This document shows positions 56,381-64,000 of a DNA stretch of 64,000 nt, one piece after another. Both the position numbers and the translations under genes were made by a program. The notes beneath the pieces were generated by a model, which ran no database searches, had not been told where the DNA came from, and saw only the letters and a program-made list of their open reading frames with translations. The DNA comes from Patescibacteria group bacterium (GTDB lineage: Bacteria; Patescibacteriota; Minisyncoccia; UBA6257; GWB1-50-10): assembly GCA_030017555.1 (NCBI GenBank), contig JASEIC010000001.1, forward strand, positions 2,571-66,570, in the 5' to 3' direction. How positions within the stretch are numbered: position 1 is the first letter of the stretch; every line of letters begins with the position of its first letter.

Positions 56381-58801
56381 ATGCGGAAACATTTAAAGAA
56401 AATCGCGTTAATATCAATCCCGATAATCATCTTAATTTCTCTTGTGCCAATACTGGCTCATAGTCAGGGCTTTTGGGAAGTTTTAAATCCAATTAACTGG
56501 ATTAAGTGGGCAATAATGGCTGTTCTTTACCTTATTTCTTATATCGGCACATTATTTTTCAGTTTGGCGGGTTATTTGGTCGGTTTCTTTTTAAAATTCA
56601 ATTATGGAATTTTAAATTCAAATAATTTAATTGACCGCGGCTGGGCAATCACAAGAGATATTGCCAATCTCGGTTTTGTTCTGGTAATCGTGATTATTGC
56701 CCTCGCTACCATCTTACGATTTCAAGAATACGGCTACAAAAAACTCTTGCCGAAACTTATCGCGGCGGCAATTCTTGTAAATTTCAGCCTGGCCATTGCC
56801 GGCGTTTTTATTGATTTTTCCCATGTTTTAACCAAACAATTTTTCAGCGCGGTTGAAAGCCCGGGCACTGATATAGTCCAAGTGCTCTCCGGCGCCTTTG
56901 AGCCGCAAAAATTTTATACCGAACCTCTTGACCCGGCTCCAATTGACCCTGAAGAAGAAGCCGGCGGCTTTGAAGGATTTACGGTTTCCGTGCTCCTTGA
57001 TATTTCAAAACTTTTATTTACGGCAATTTTTATTTTTGCCGCGGCATTTGTTCTGTTTGCTTTTGCTTTTATGCTTCTTCTCCGATATATTTATTTATCG
57101 CTTCTTTTGGTTATCGCGCCTATTGCCTGGCTTTTTTGGGTTTTTCCGGCTTTGTCGGGCCAATTTAAAAAATGGTGGAGTAAATTCCTGGAATGGGTAT
57201 TTTTCGCGCCCGTTGTCGCTTTTTTCTTTTATTTAACGCTCACTTCCATAAAAAGCTTGAATCAAAACGCTCTTTTGCCGGACGGCACGTTCTTTAAAGG
57301 CACTCTTTCTGATTTAATGGCTCAAGGCGCGAAAATGGTTTTGCTCATCGGCCTTCTTTTTGGCGGCTTAATTATTGCCCAACAAATGGGTATTACCGGC
57401 GCGGCCGGCGCCATGAAAATGGCAAACACGGTCGGCAACAAAACCAAAAAATGGGCCGGAGAGAAAATGAAAGCTGGCGGTATTGCGGCTGGCAGACGAG
57501 CTCTTACGACCGGCGCTGGCAAAGATTTGGAAGGCAAATCCGCGCTTGAAAGAGCTGGAGAAGGAGTTGGCGGCAAGCTGGCGGAGTGGGGTTCCACAAA
57601 ATGGGGCAGGCGCTTTGGCATTGGAGTCTTAAGTAAACCATTCACCGGTATTGCCGGCGCGTCAGCTCAAGCTAAAGAAAAATTAAAAGCTGAAACCGAA
57701 GCCAGAGCAAAAAAGAGAATGCCGGAATCTTCGGAACTTGCTTTAGCGCGAATGCGTCTAGAATTAAGCAAACCTGAAGCGCTTGCTGATTCAGCATCAA
57801 CTGTCGCTAGTTTTACAAAAATCGCTCAAGATAAAAAAATGTGGGGTAGCCTAACCCCGCAAGAACAAGAAAAAATGCGGGATCGCGCTATTTCCGCCGG
57901 CCGGAAAACTAATTCTCTAGATAAGGTCATAGATGCCGACAAAGCATTGCTGGATCGACCGGAAATATTACCCGACGAAAAATTACTCAAGGCTTCTCTT
58001 GACGCGCAAAAATCTCCGGACTTTGAAAATCTGCCGGATGACATAAAACAAGCTATTTATGAAGGAATAGCGAGAACAGTTTTAAAACTGCCGGATAATC
58101 TAACGGATATCGCGCCTAATATTATAAAACTGCTTGAAAATAAAGACGCCCGCGAAATCATAAGACAACGCGGCTTAGAAGACGCGCTTTACAGCAAAAT
58201 AGAAGCTTCCAATGCTACCGGAGCCGTTAATAGAAACTTGCGTATTCAAGCTGCCGCGCTAGATCCTAGCAGGTTTTTTGAAAGTCTAGGTTTTGATGCG
58301 CCAAGCATATCAAATGACGAAAAAGATGAATCAATGAAAGAAATTCTTTCCAGAGTAAAAGATCCGGCAAATCTGATAATAAATGATCTAAGCGCTCTTT
58401 CCCAAAATCAGCGCGCTATTCAAACACGCCTTGTTCAAAATTTGAGCTTTAATCTGCACAGTAAAATTGGCAGTGAAGGTTCGCCAGAACTTAAAACCAA
58501 CACTATTCACACTCTTGCAAGAGGCATTGATCAACTTACTGGCACAAATACTTTTGCTGATCTTAAAAAGTTCTCTGGTGATATTAAGGAATTTGAAGAG
58601 CAATACGAAGCCTTAAGACGAGAGAAGGGCGCAAACGATAGCTCTACTCTGGCTAAAGCTGCTCAATTCAACCAAGCCAAAACCGATCTAAAAACAGCAG
58701 AAACAAATCTTAAAAACATCTCCAAAGACGCTCATCAACTTTGGCAAGTTTATCAAAAAGATCTTAAAGACACCAATTATCAAGACGCAACTTGGCCTTA
58801 A
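56381..58801 (+). CDS. VirB6/TrbL-like polytopic membrane protein with long cytoplasmic tail
   Basis: GW..TRDIAN, LI.AAILVNFS..ID, R...L..L...APIAW..P..WW..F..FFAP; Gly/Ala-rich linker. Confidence 0.7.
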   Translation: MRKHLKKIALISIPIIILISLVPILAHSQGFWEVLNPINWIKWAIMAVLYLISYIGTLFFSLAGYLVGFFLKFNYGILNSNNLIDRGWAITRDIANLGFVLVIVIIALATILRFQEYGYKKLLPKLIAAAILVNFSLAIAGVFIDFSHVLTKQFFSAVESPGTDIVQVLSGAFEPQKFYTEPLDPAPIDPEEEAGGFEGFTVSVLLDISKLLFTAIFIFAAAFVLFAFAFMLLLRYIYLSLLLVIAPIAWLFWVFPALSGQFKKWWSKFLEWVFFAPVVAFFFYLTLTSIKSLNQNALLPDGTFFKGTLSDLMAQGAKMVLLIGLLFGGLIIAQQMGITGAAGAMKMANTVGNKTKKWAGEKMKAGGIAAGRRALTTGAGKDLEGKSALERAGEGVGGKLAEWGSTKWGRRFGIGVLSKPFTGIAGASAQAKEKLKAETEARAKKRMPESSELALARMRLELSKPEALADSASTVASFTKIAQDKKMWGSLTPQEQEKMRDRAISAGRKTNSLDKVIDADKALLDRPEILPDEKLLKASLDAQKSPDFENLPDDIKQAIYEGIARTVLKLPDNLTDIAPNIIKLLENKDAREIIRQRGLEDALYSKIEASNATGAVNRNLRIQAAALDPSRFFESLGFDAPSISNDEKDESMKEILSRVKDPANLIINDLSALSQNQRAIQTRLVQNLSFNLHSKIGSEGSPELKTNTIHTLARGIDQLTGTNTFADLKKFSGDIKEFEEQYEALRREKGANDSSTLAKAAQFNQAKTDLKTAETNLKNISKDAHQLWQVYQKDLKDTNYQDATWP

Positions 58802-58817
58802 TTTAATTATTTAAAAT

Positions 58818-59738
58818 ATGCCAACAACACTAAAAGAGGTTCCAATAAAAATTAAAACTCATCTTGGTTCAGATGAAATTATTGGCGTTATTGACCGGTT
58901 AAACAATAATGCTCGGATTTTTGAACCGCGAACCATACCACTCATTCTTTTTAAACTTATTACCAAAATACTTGCTCCAGAAAAAATTTATGAACAAATT
59001 TTAAAAGATTTAAATTTTTCTGAAGAAAAAACAAAAGCAATTACAAGAGAGATAAAAGAAAAAATTTTAGAACCGATCAAAGACGATTTAAAAAAACGGG
59101 GAATTGATATTGATGTAATTGACACAAAAAACTCTTTACTATTTCATGATTTTCTTAAAAAAGAAAAAGAGGAACTCCAAAAATTCGGCATTTCTTTTGA
59201 AATCATTGAAGAGCCCGAACCAATAAAAAGAATTTCGCTTGATAAAATAGGCGAGGCGCCGATGGCTAAAAAAATCCCGATTGAACAAACTGAAAACTTT
59301 TTTTCAAACAAACAAGATGGTTCGCCGCTCATTATTCATCAGGTAAAACCCTTAACCGAAACAAAACCAAAAACATCAACCCCGCTTTTTTCTCTTCCTT
59401 TTAAATTTCTAAAATCAAAATTGTCTCAAAGAAACCTGGAAAAACCGGTAATGGCTCGAATTGAAACGCCTGAAAAAACCATGCCCGAACCAGAAGAAAA
59501 TCAAGCATCAAAAAGAGTTGTTCATTACAGCGGCAATCGTACCCCTTTTTCTCCCGCTGAAACACCTGATTTTATTAATTTGGAAAAATTATCGCCGGAT
59601 ATTCCCGCGCCCCCTTCTCCGCCAACGCCGAAAAAAGAAAACGCGGAGCCAAAAACTCCTCCGCCAACGCCAAAAACAACAGAAATTGACGATAAAAACA
59701 AACCCAAACTAGACGGCAACATCGTTGATTTGAGCTAA
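58818..59738 (+). CDS. Hypothetical protein with Pro-rich C-terminus
   Basis: 306 aa; RVVHYS..RTP motif; ends GNIVDLS. Confidence 0.6.
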   Translation: MPTTLKEVPIKIKTHLGSDEIIGVIDRLNNNARIFEPRTIPLILFKLITKILAPEKIYEQILKDLNFSEEKTKAITREIKEKILEPIKDDLKKRGIDIDVIDTKNSLLFHDFLKKEKEELQKFGISFEIIEEPEPIKRISLDKIGEAPMAKKIPIEQTENFFSNKQDGSPLIIHQVKPLTETKPKTSTPLFSLPFKFLKSKLSQRNLEKPVMARIETPEKTMPEPEENQASKRVVHYSGNRTPFSPAETPDFINLEKLSPDIPAPPSPPTPKKENAEPKTPPPTPKTTEIDDKNKPKLDGNIVDLS

Positions 59739-59748
59739 AACACGCCCA

Positions 59749-59824
59749 TGAATCCCGTTAGAAGCAACTAAATCATGAAACCTATAAATACTAAGCATTT
59801 ATCTGAATCAATAAAAGGGATGAA
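59749..59824. repeat. Degenerate 68-bp element in tandem with the GIY-YIG element
   Basis: TGAA[tcccgttaga..aaaaggga]TGAA. Confidence 0.5.
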
Positions 59825-60124
59825 TCCCTCACCCTTGAAAAACTAACTGATTATGTTTTACATTTATCTACTAAAATCAAGGCTTAATAATGGTTTTTGT
59901 GTTGGGTTTACGCCTGACTTGAAATCCAGACTGCTAAAACATAATCGGGGAGATGTTTTATCAACAAAACGTTATCTGCCTCGGGAATTAATGTACTATG
60001 AAGCGTATAAATCTAAAAAAGACGCTGTCTTGCGAGAAAAACAGCTTAAACGATTCGCCAAAAGCTTTTCGATGTTAAAACGTCGACTTAAATATTCCTT
60101 GGTTTTTCAAGGGTGAGGGATGAA
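59821..60124. mobile_element. 296-bp element with perfect 19-bp TIRs and TGAA duplication, carrying a GIY-YIG gene
   Basis: tccctcacccttgaaaaac (59825-59843) / gtttttcaagggtgaggga (60102-60120); TGAA on both sides. Confidence 0.8.
59853..60116 (+). CDS. Short GIY-YIG nuclease family protein
   Basis: FYIYLL..FCVG.T.DL..RL..HN.G..ST...P..L.YYE....A..RE..LK; the YIG tyrosine is replaced by Cys. Confidence 0.85.
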   Translation: MFYIYLLKSRLNNGFCVGFTPDLKSRLLKHNRGDVLSTKRYLPRELMYYEAYKSKKDAVLREKQLKRFAKSFSMLKRRLKYSLVFQG

Positions 60125-60617
60125 CTTCCAAGTACCGCAATTTATAGACGAACAAGCCAAAATTATCGGCTTTCTTACCTTAAAACAATTTGGTTTTATT
60201 GCCGTCGCCTTCATCACGGCGCTTATTTCTTTTCATTACTTTACTTTTTCTCTTGCTCTTATTATTACCGTAATTGTTGGCGCCTTAGCCATTGCTTTGG
60301 CATTTGGCAAAGTAAACAGCCAACCGTTGCCAAAAGTGATTTTAGCTGGTTTGGGATATTTGTGGAGTCCCAGAACTTATACATGGCAGCGCGCAATGAA
60401 AGAAACCGATCTTGATATTTCCGCTTTAGAAAAATTGGAGACGACAAGAAGAAATATGAGCATTCAAGAAAAAATAAAATCCATCGCCTTATCAATTACC
60501 ACCAGTAAATTCTTGTCGCCAAAACAAATGCGAGAAAATAATGAAAAGAAAAAATACCAAGTGGTTAGTTTTTCAACTGGAGAACGCAAATTTGCCAAAC
60601 GGGTTGACTATAAATAA
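60120..60617 (+). CDS. PrgI family (VirB3-like) protein
   Basis: FQVPQFID...KIIG.LT.KQF, two TM, P..Y.W. Confidence 0.85.
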   Translation: MNFQVPQFIDEQAKIIGFLTLKQFGFIAVAFITALISFHYFTFSLALIITVIVGALAIALAFGKVNSQPLPKVILAGLGYLWSPRTYTWQRAMKETDLDISALEKLETTRRNMSIQEKIKSIALSITTSKFLSPKQMRENNEKKKYQVVSFSTGERKFAKRVDYK

Positions 60618-60666
60618 TAACACAAAAAATATTTAGTTCGACTATAATAAATTTAATCACACTTTC

Positions 60667-61314
60667 ATGGAACCGGCATTGCCAACTCAAAAATTCGTTG
60701 ATATAAAAAACGTCAAAGACGGCGCGGTTTATCTCAAAAATAACGGCTTACGAAAAATACTGATTGTGAGCGGCGTAAATTTTGATTTAAAATCCGAAGC
60801 CGAACAATCTTTAATCTTAAATACCTTTCAAAACATGTTAAACTCTCTGGACTTTTCAATTCAATTCTTTGTTCATTCCCGCAAAATCAACGTCGACGAA
60901 TACCTCGCAAATATGAGCACGAAAAAAGAAAAAGAACCGAACGAACTTCTCAAAATTCAAATCGAGGAATATGTCGAATTTATTCGTTCGTTTGTTCAAG
61001 AAAATTCTATTATTTCTAAAGCTTTTTTTGCTATCGTTCCTTATGACCCCCAACCGATTACTTCTCAAACACGAGGTTTTTTGAACACTTTTAAAACACT
61101 TGTTAAAAAACCAAGCACAAATAAAGTAGAAGAAGAAAATACTCAAAAAAATCTGGAACAGCTTGACCACCGAGTAAATCAAGTTATTGACGGCTTAGAA
61201 CAAATTGGACTCCGGGCAGTTCCTCTTGAAGATGATGAAATTACCGAACTTTTCTATAATCTTTATAATCCTCAACTTGTTGAAAAAAAAGGTTTAAATA
61301 TCGCAGAAAAATGA
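60667..61314 (+). CDS. TraC/VirB4 N-terminal-like accessory protein
   Basis: TQ.FVDI, VSGVNFDLKS..EQ, LNSLDF..Q, F..VPY, LFYNLYNP. Confidence 0.7.
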   Translation: MEPALPTQKFVDIKNVKDGAVYLKNNGLRKILIVSGVNFDLKSEAEQSLILNTFQNMLNSLDFSIQFFVHSRKINVDEYLANMSTKKEKEPNELLKIQIEEYVEFIRSFVQENSIISKAFFAIVPYDPQPITSQTRGFLNTFKTLVKKPSTNKVEEENTQKNLEQLDHRVNQVIDGLEQIGLRAVPLEDDEITELFYNLYNPQLVEKKGLNIAEK

Positions 61315-63068
61315 CAAAAATTAAAATTCCACAACCTTATAAACCGAGCTCTGAAGACGTAGCAAATATTATTGCTCCGGCCGGTCTTGAAGCAAGTCCA
61401 AATTACATGAAATTGGGGGACTATTTTGTTAAAACTCTTTTTATTTTCACTTACCCGAGATATATTTCAAGCGGTTGGTTTTCTCCAATAATTAATCTCG
61501 CGGAAATGATGGATATTTCTATTTTTGTCCACCCAATGGATACGGCTTTAGCGCTTAGAAATTTAAGGAAAAAAGTCGCTCAAATTCAAGCTGAAGCAAG
61601 CGAAAGAGAAGAAAAGGGCCTTGTCCGCGATCCGATTTTAGAAACCGCTCACCAAGACATTGAAAATCTCCGCGACGCTCTCCAGCAAGCCCGGGAAAAA
61701 CTTTATAGGATCGGGGTTTACATAACAATTTACGGCAAAGGCTTGGAAGAATTAAATAAATTGGAAAATAAAATAGAAAACATGCTTGAAGCGAAACTTG
61801 TTTATATAAAACCCGCGCTCTTCCGACAACTTGAAGGTTTTGCCTCAACCCTGCCTCTTTGCCAAGATAAATTATTGATTCATACGGCTTTAAATTCCGG
61901 CCCTTCTTCTTCGCTTTTTCCTTTTGTTTCACCGGACTTAACCTCGGATAAAGGCATCCTTTACGGCGTTAATATGCACAATGCCAGTCTTATAATTTTT
62001 GACCGATTTTCTCTTGAAAACGCCAACACTGTTGTCTTTGCTAAATCCGGCGCGGGCAAATCTTATGCCACTAAACTTCAAATCCTTCGTTCTCTTATGA
62101 TCGGGACAAACGTCATTGTTATTGATCCGGAAAATGAATATCAAAACTTAGCTAACGCGATTGGCGGCAGTTATTTTAAAATTTCTCTAACCTCGCCAAA
62201 CCATGTTAATCCTTTCGACATTCCAATCAGTCCGGAGGGCGAGAAACCGGCTGATGTTTTTAAATCTCATGTTTTGAACTTAACCGGACTAGTAAAATTA
62301 ATGCTCGGCTCTATTACGCCCGAAGAAGACAGCCTTTTAGATCGGGCTATTACTGAAACTTATGCTTCTCGCGATATTACCGCTGAAACATTCGGCGCCA
62401 TAAAAGAATTAAATCCGCCCCTCTTAGAAGATCTGCAGGTTGTTCTTAAAAACACTGAAGGCGGCGCTGGCATTGCTCAACGGCTTGAGAAATTCACTCG
62501 CGGTTCTTACGCTGGTTTTACAAACGCGCCCACCAACGTTGATATAAAAAACCGGTTCATTGTTTTTTCAATAAGAGATTTGGAAGAAGAATTAAGACCC
62601 GTGGCAATGTACATAGTCTTAAATTTTGTCTGGAACTTGGTTCGGTCAGAATTAAAACAACGGCTTATGATTATTGATGAAGCTTGGTGGATGATGAAAT
62701 ACAAAGATTCGGCGGCTTTTCTTTTTGGCCTCGTGAAACGCGCCCGCAAATACTATTTGGGCATTACCACCATCACTCAAGACGTTGAAGATTTCTTGAA
62801 ATCCGATTATGGCCGGCCGATTGTCACTAATTCCTCAATCCAATTTTTGATGAAACAATCAACAACCTCCATTGGTTCGGTTGCTCAAGCTTTTGATCTT
62901 ACCGAGAGCGAAAAAACTTTTTTAGTCGAAGCCGGCGTCGGCGAAGGATTATTTTTTGCCGGCTTAAAACACGTCGCCATAAAAATTATCGCCTCCTTTA
63001 CCGAAGATCAAATTATTACCACCAATCCCGAACAAATGATTGAACTTAAAGGGCTAACTAAAAAATAA
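61311..63068 (+). CDS. virB4: VirB4-like type IV secretion ATPase
   Basis: FAKSGAGKS Walker A, VIDPENEY, INPFD-like, IIDEAW Walker B, RARKY, ITQ. Confidence 0.88.
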   Translation: MTKIKIPQPYKPSSEDVANIIAPAGLEASPNYMKLGDYFVKTLFIFTYPRYISSGWFSPIINLAEMMDISIFVHPMDTALALRNLRKKVAQIQAEASEREEKGLVRDPILETAHQDIENLRDALQQAREKLYRIGVYITIYGKGLEELNKLENKIENMLEAKLVYIKPALFRQLEGFASTLPLCQDKLLIHTALNSGPSSSLFPFVSPDLTSDKGILYGVNMHNASLIIFDRFSLENANTVVFAKSGAGKSYATKLQILRSLMIGTNVIVIDPENEYQNLANAIGGSYFKISLTSPNHVNPFDIPISPEGEKPADVFKSHVLNLTGLVKLMLGSITPEEDSLLDRAITETYASRDITAETFGAIKELNPPLLEDLQVVLKNTEGGAGIAQRLEKFTRGSYAGFTNAPTNVDIKNRFIVFSIRDLEEELRPVAMYIVLNFVWNLVRSELKQRLMIIDEAWWMMKYKDSAAFLFGLVKRARKYYLGITTITQDVEDFLKSDYGRPIVTNSSIQFLMKQSTTSIGSVAQAFDLTESEKTFLVEAGVGEGLFFAGLKHVAIKIIASFTEDQIITTNPEQMIELKGLTKK

Positions 63069-63434
63069 ATGGATCAAGAACACAATAAATACAAAGAAGT
63101 AGAATTAATCCTTGGCAGTATGGTAACAATTAGCATTGATGGTGTTTGTTTTATTCTTGATTTTACTGGAATCGGCGACATTATCACTCCTTTCATACAA
63201 AGCGCCGGTACGGCGTGCCTTTCTTTGTGGGCCTGGCGAAAAGGCGACAAAGCCTCGCTTAAACTCGGAAGGCAAGCAACAAAATACGCTTCAAACGCAC
63301 TACCATGGCTCCCCACGCTCACGGCCATGTTCTTAATAGAAGCTTATATGCATAATCATCCGGAAAAATTCGCTTTAGCCCAAAAAGCCATGAGCGCCGG
63401 TTCGGGCAAACCCGCTGTTACTGCAGTCAAATAA
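63069..63434 (+). CDS. Hypothetical membrane protein
   Basis: 121 aa; D..TGIG..P.LP..T pattern; abuts virB4. Confidence 0.55.
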   Translation: MDQEHNKYKEVELILGSMVTISIDGVCFILDFTGIGDIITPFIQSAGTACLSLWAWRKGDKASLKLGRQATKYASNALPWLPTLTAMFLIEAYMHNHPEKFALAQKAMSAGSGKPAVTAVK

Positions 63435-63464
63435 CAAATTTCGCGCTATAATTAAATAATAACA

Positions 63465-64000
63465 ATGAAATTTCTGTCTATAATTACAATACTTGTTTTA
63501 GCTGGATTTTTTGGATTATCTAGCTCTGTTTCTTCTCAAACCGAATCTCAAGGAGAAATAATTTTCACCTGGCAAACCAAGAATTTTTACCCGGCTGATT
63601 TCAAAGGCAAATCTCTTCCGGTTCAAAATTCATTTGTTGATATTTCTTTGGAGCTTTTAAAAAACAGCAAACTTCAAGATTTATCTCTAGCCGATATTAC
63701 CTGGTTTTTAGATGAAAAAGTGATAAATCGCGGAACGGGAAATAACGAAACTTCTTTTATCGTAAAAAAGGCTGATAGCGATTCTCATTTTATCCGGGTT
63801 GCCGTAAAGCTGGGCAATGACCTGCACGAAAGTTCAATGCGTCTTTATGTGTCAAAACCGAAAATCGCCATAACCACAAATCCTTTTCCAAACTCCTTTG
63901 TCCCGCCGGGCGCGGAACTGACTCTTCAAGCCATTCCTTATTTTTTTAATATAAACAACATTCAAGACCTTTTGTTTTTTTGGCAAATAAACAGCGAAAA
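63465..64000 (+). CDS. Secreted hypothetical protein (partial, runs off the window)
   Basis: ATG at 63465: MKFLSIITILVLAGFFG..TWQTKNFYPADFKGKSLP..; TATAAT upstream. Confidence 0.6.
   Translation, partial: MKFLSIITILVLAGFFGLSSSVSSQTESQGEIIFTWQTKNFYPADFKGKSLPVQNSFVDISLELLKNSKLQDLSLADITWFLDEKVINRGTGNNETSFIVKKADSDSHFIRVAVKLGNDLHESSMRLYVSKPKIAITTNPFPNSFVPPGAELTLQAIPYFFNINNIQDLLFFWQINSE

Noticed and set aside
60113-60495. Alternative ORFs overlapping prgI
   Set aside because: Shadow frames of a gene with clear PrgI motifs
1-64000. CRISPR array, rRNA, DDE/HUH transposase, prophage
   Set aside because: No regularly spaced repeats, rRNA-like sequence, or transposase or phage structural motifs seen

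Overview
This 64 kb window is AT-rich bacterial chromosome read in genetic code 11, most likely Patescibacteria/CPR (Parcubacteria-like). That assignment is inferred from gene content: a short ValS, T4SS-type pilins with a relaxase-free PrgI/VirB4/VirB6 cluster, an rpsO-NYN-pnp operon, and many near-leaderless genes. Housekeeping genes include glyQS, recO, tsaD, valS, nusA, ftsK, recA, folD, glyA, ftsH, rpsA, gyrA, a xer recombinase, rpsO, pnp, comM/yifB and rsmA. There are three tRNAs (Val-TAC, an unusual Ile-TAT, Leu-TAG) and a pilin plus GT-C/GT2 glycosylation locus. Four things stand out. (1) A family of small transposase-free inverted-repeat elements with 4-bp TRAA target duplications sits exactly on start or stop codons and regenerates them; one copy carries a GIY-YIG nuclease. 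(2) Palindromes are inserted in frame in essential genes (tsaD, recA, folD, glyA). (3) A tRNA-Leu-linked cargo gene is bracketed by perfect 71-bp inverted repeats next to a tyrosine recombinase. (4) A beta-barrel-like protein occurs in a presumed monoderm. All calls come from reading motifs by eye; no database searches were run.
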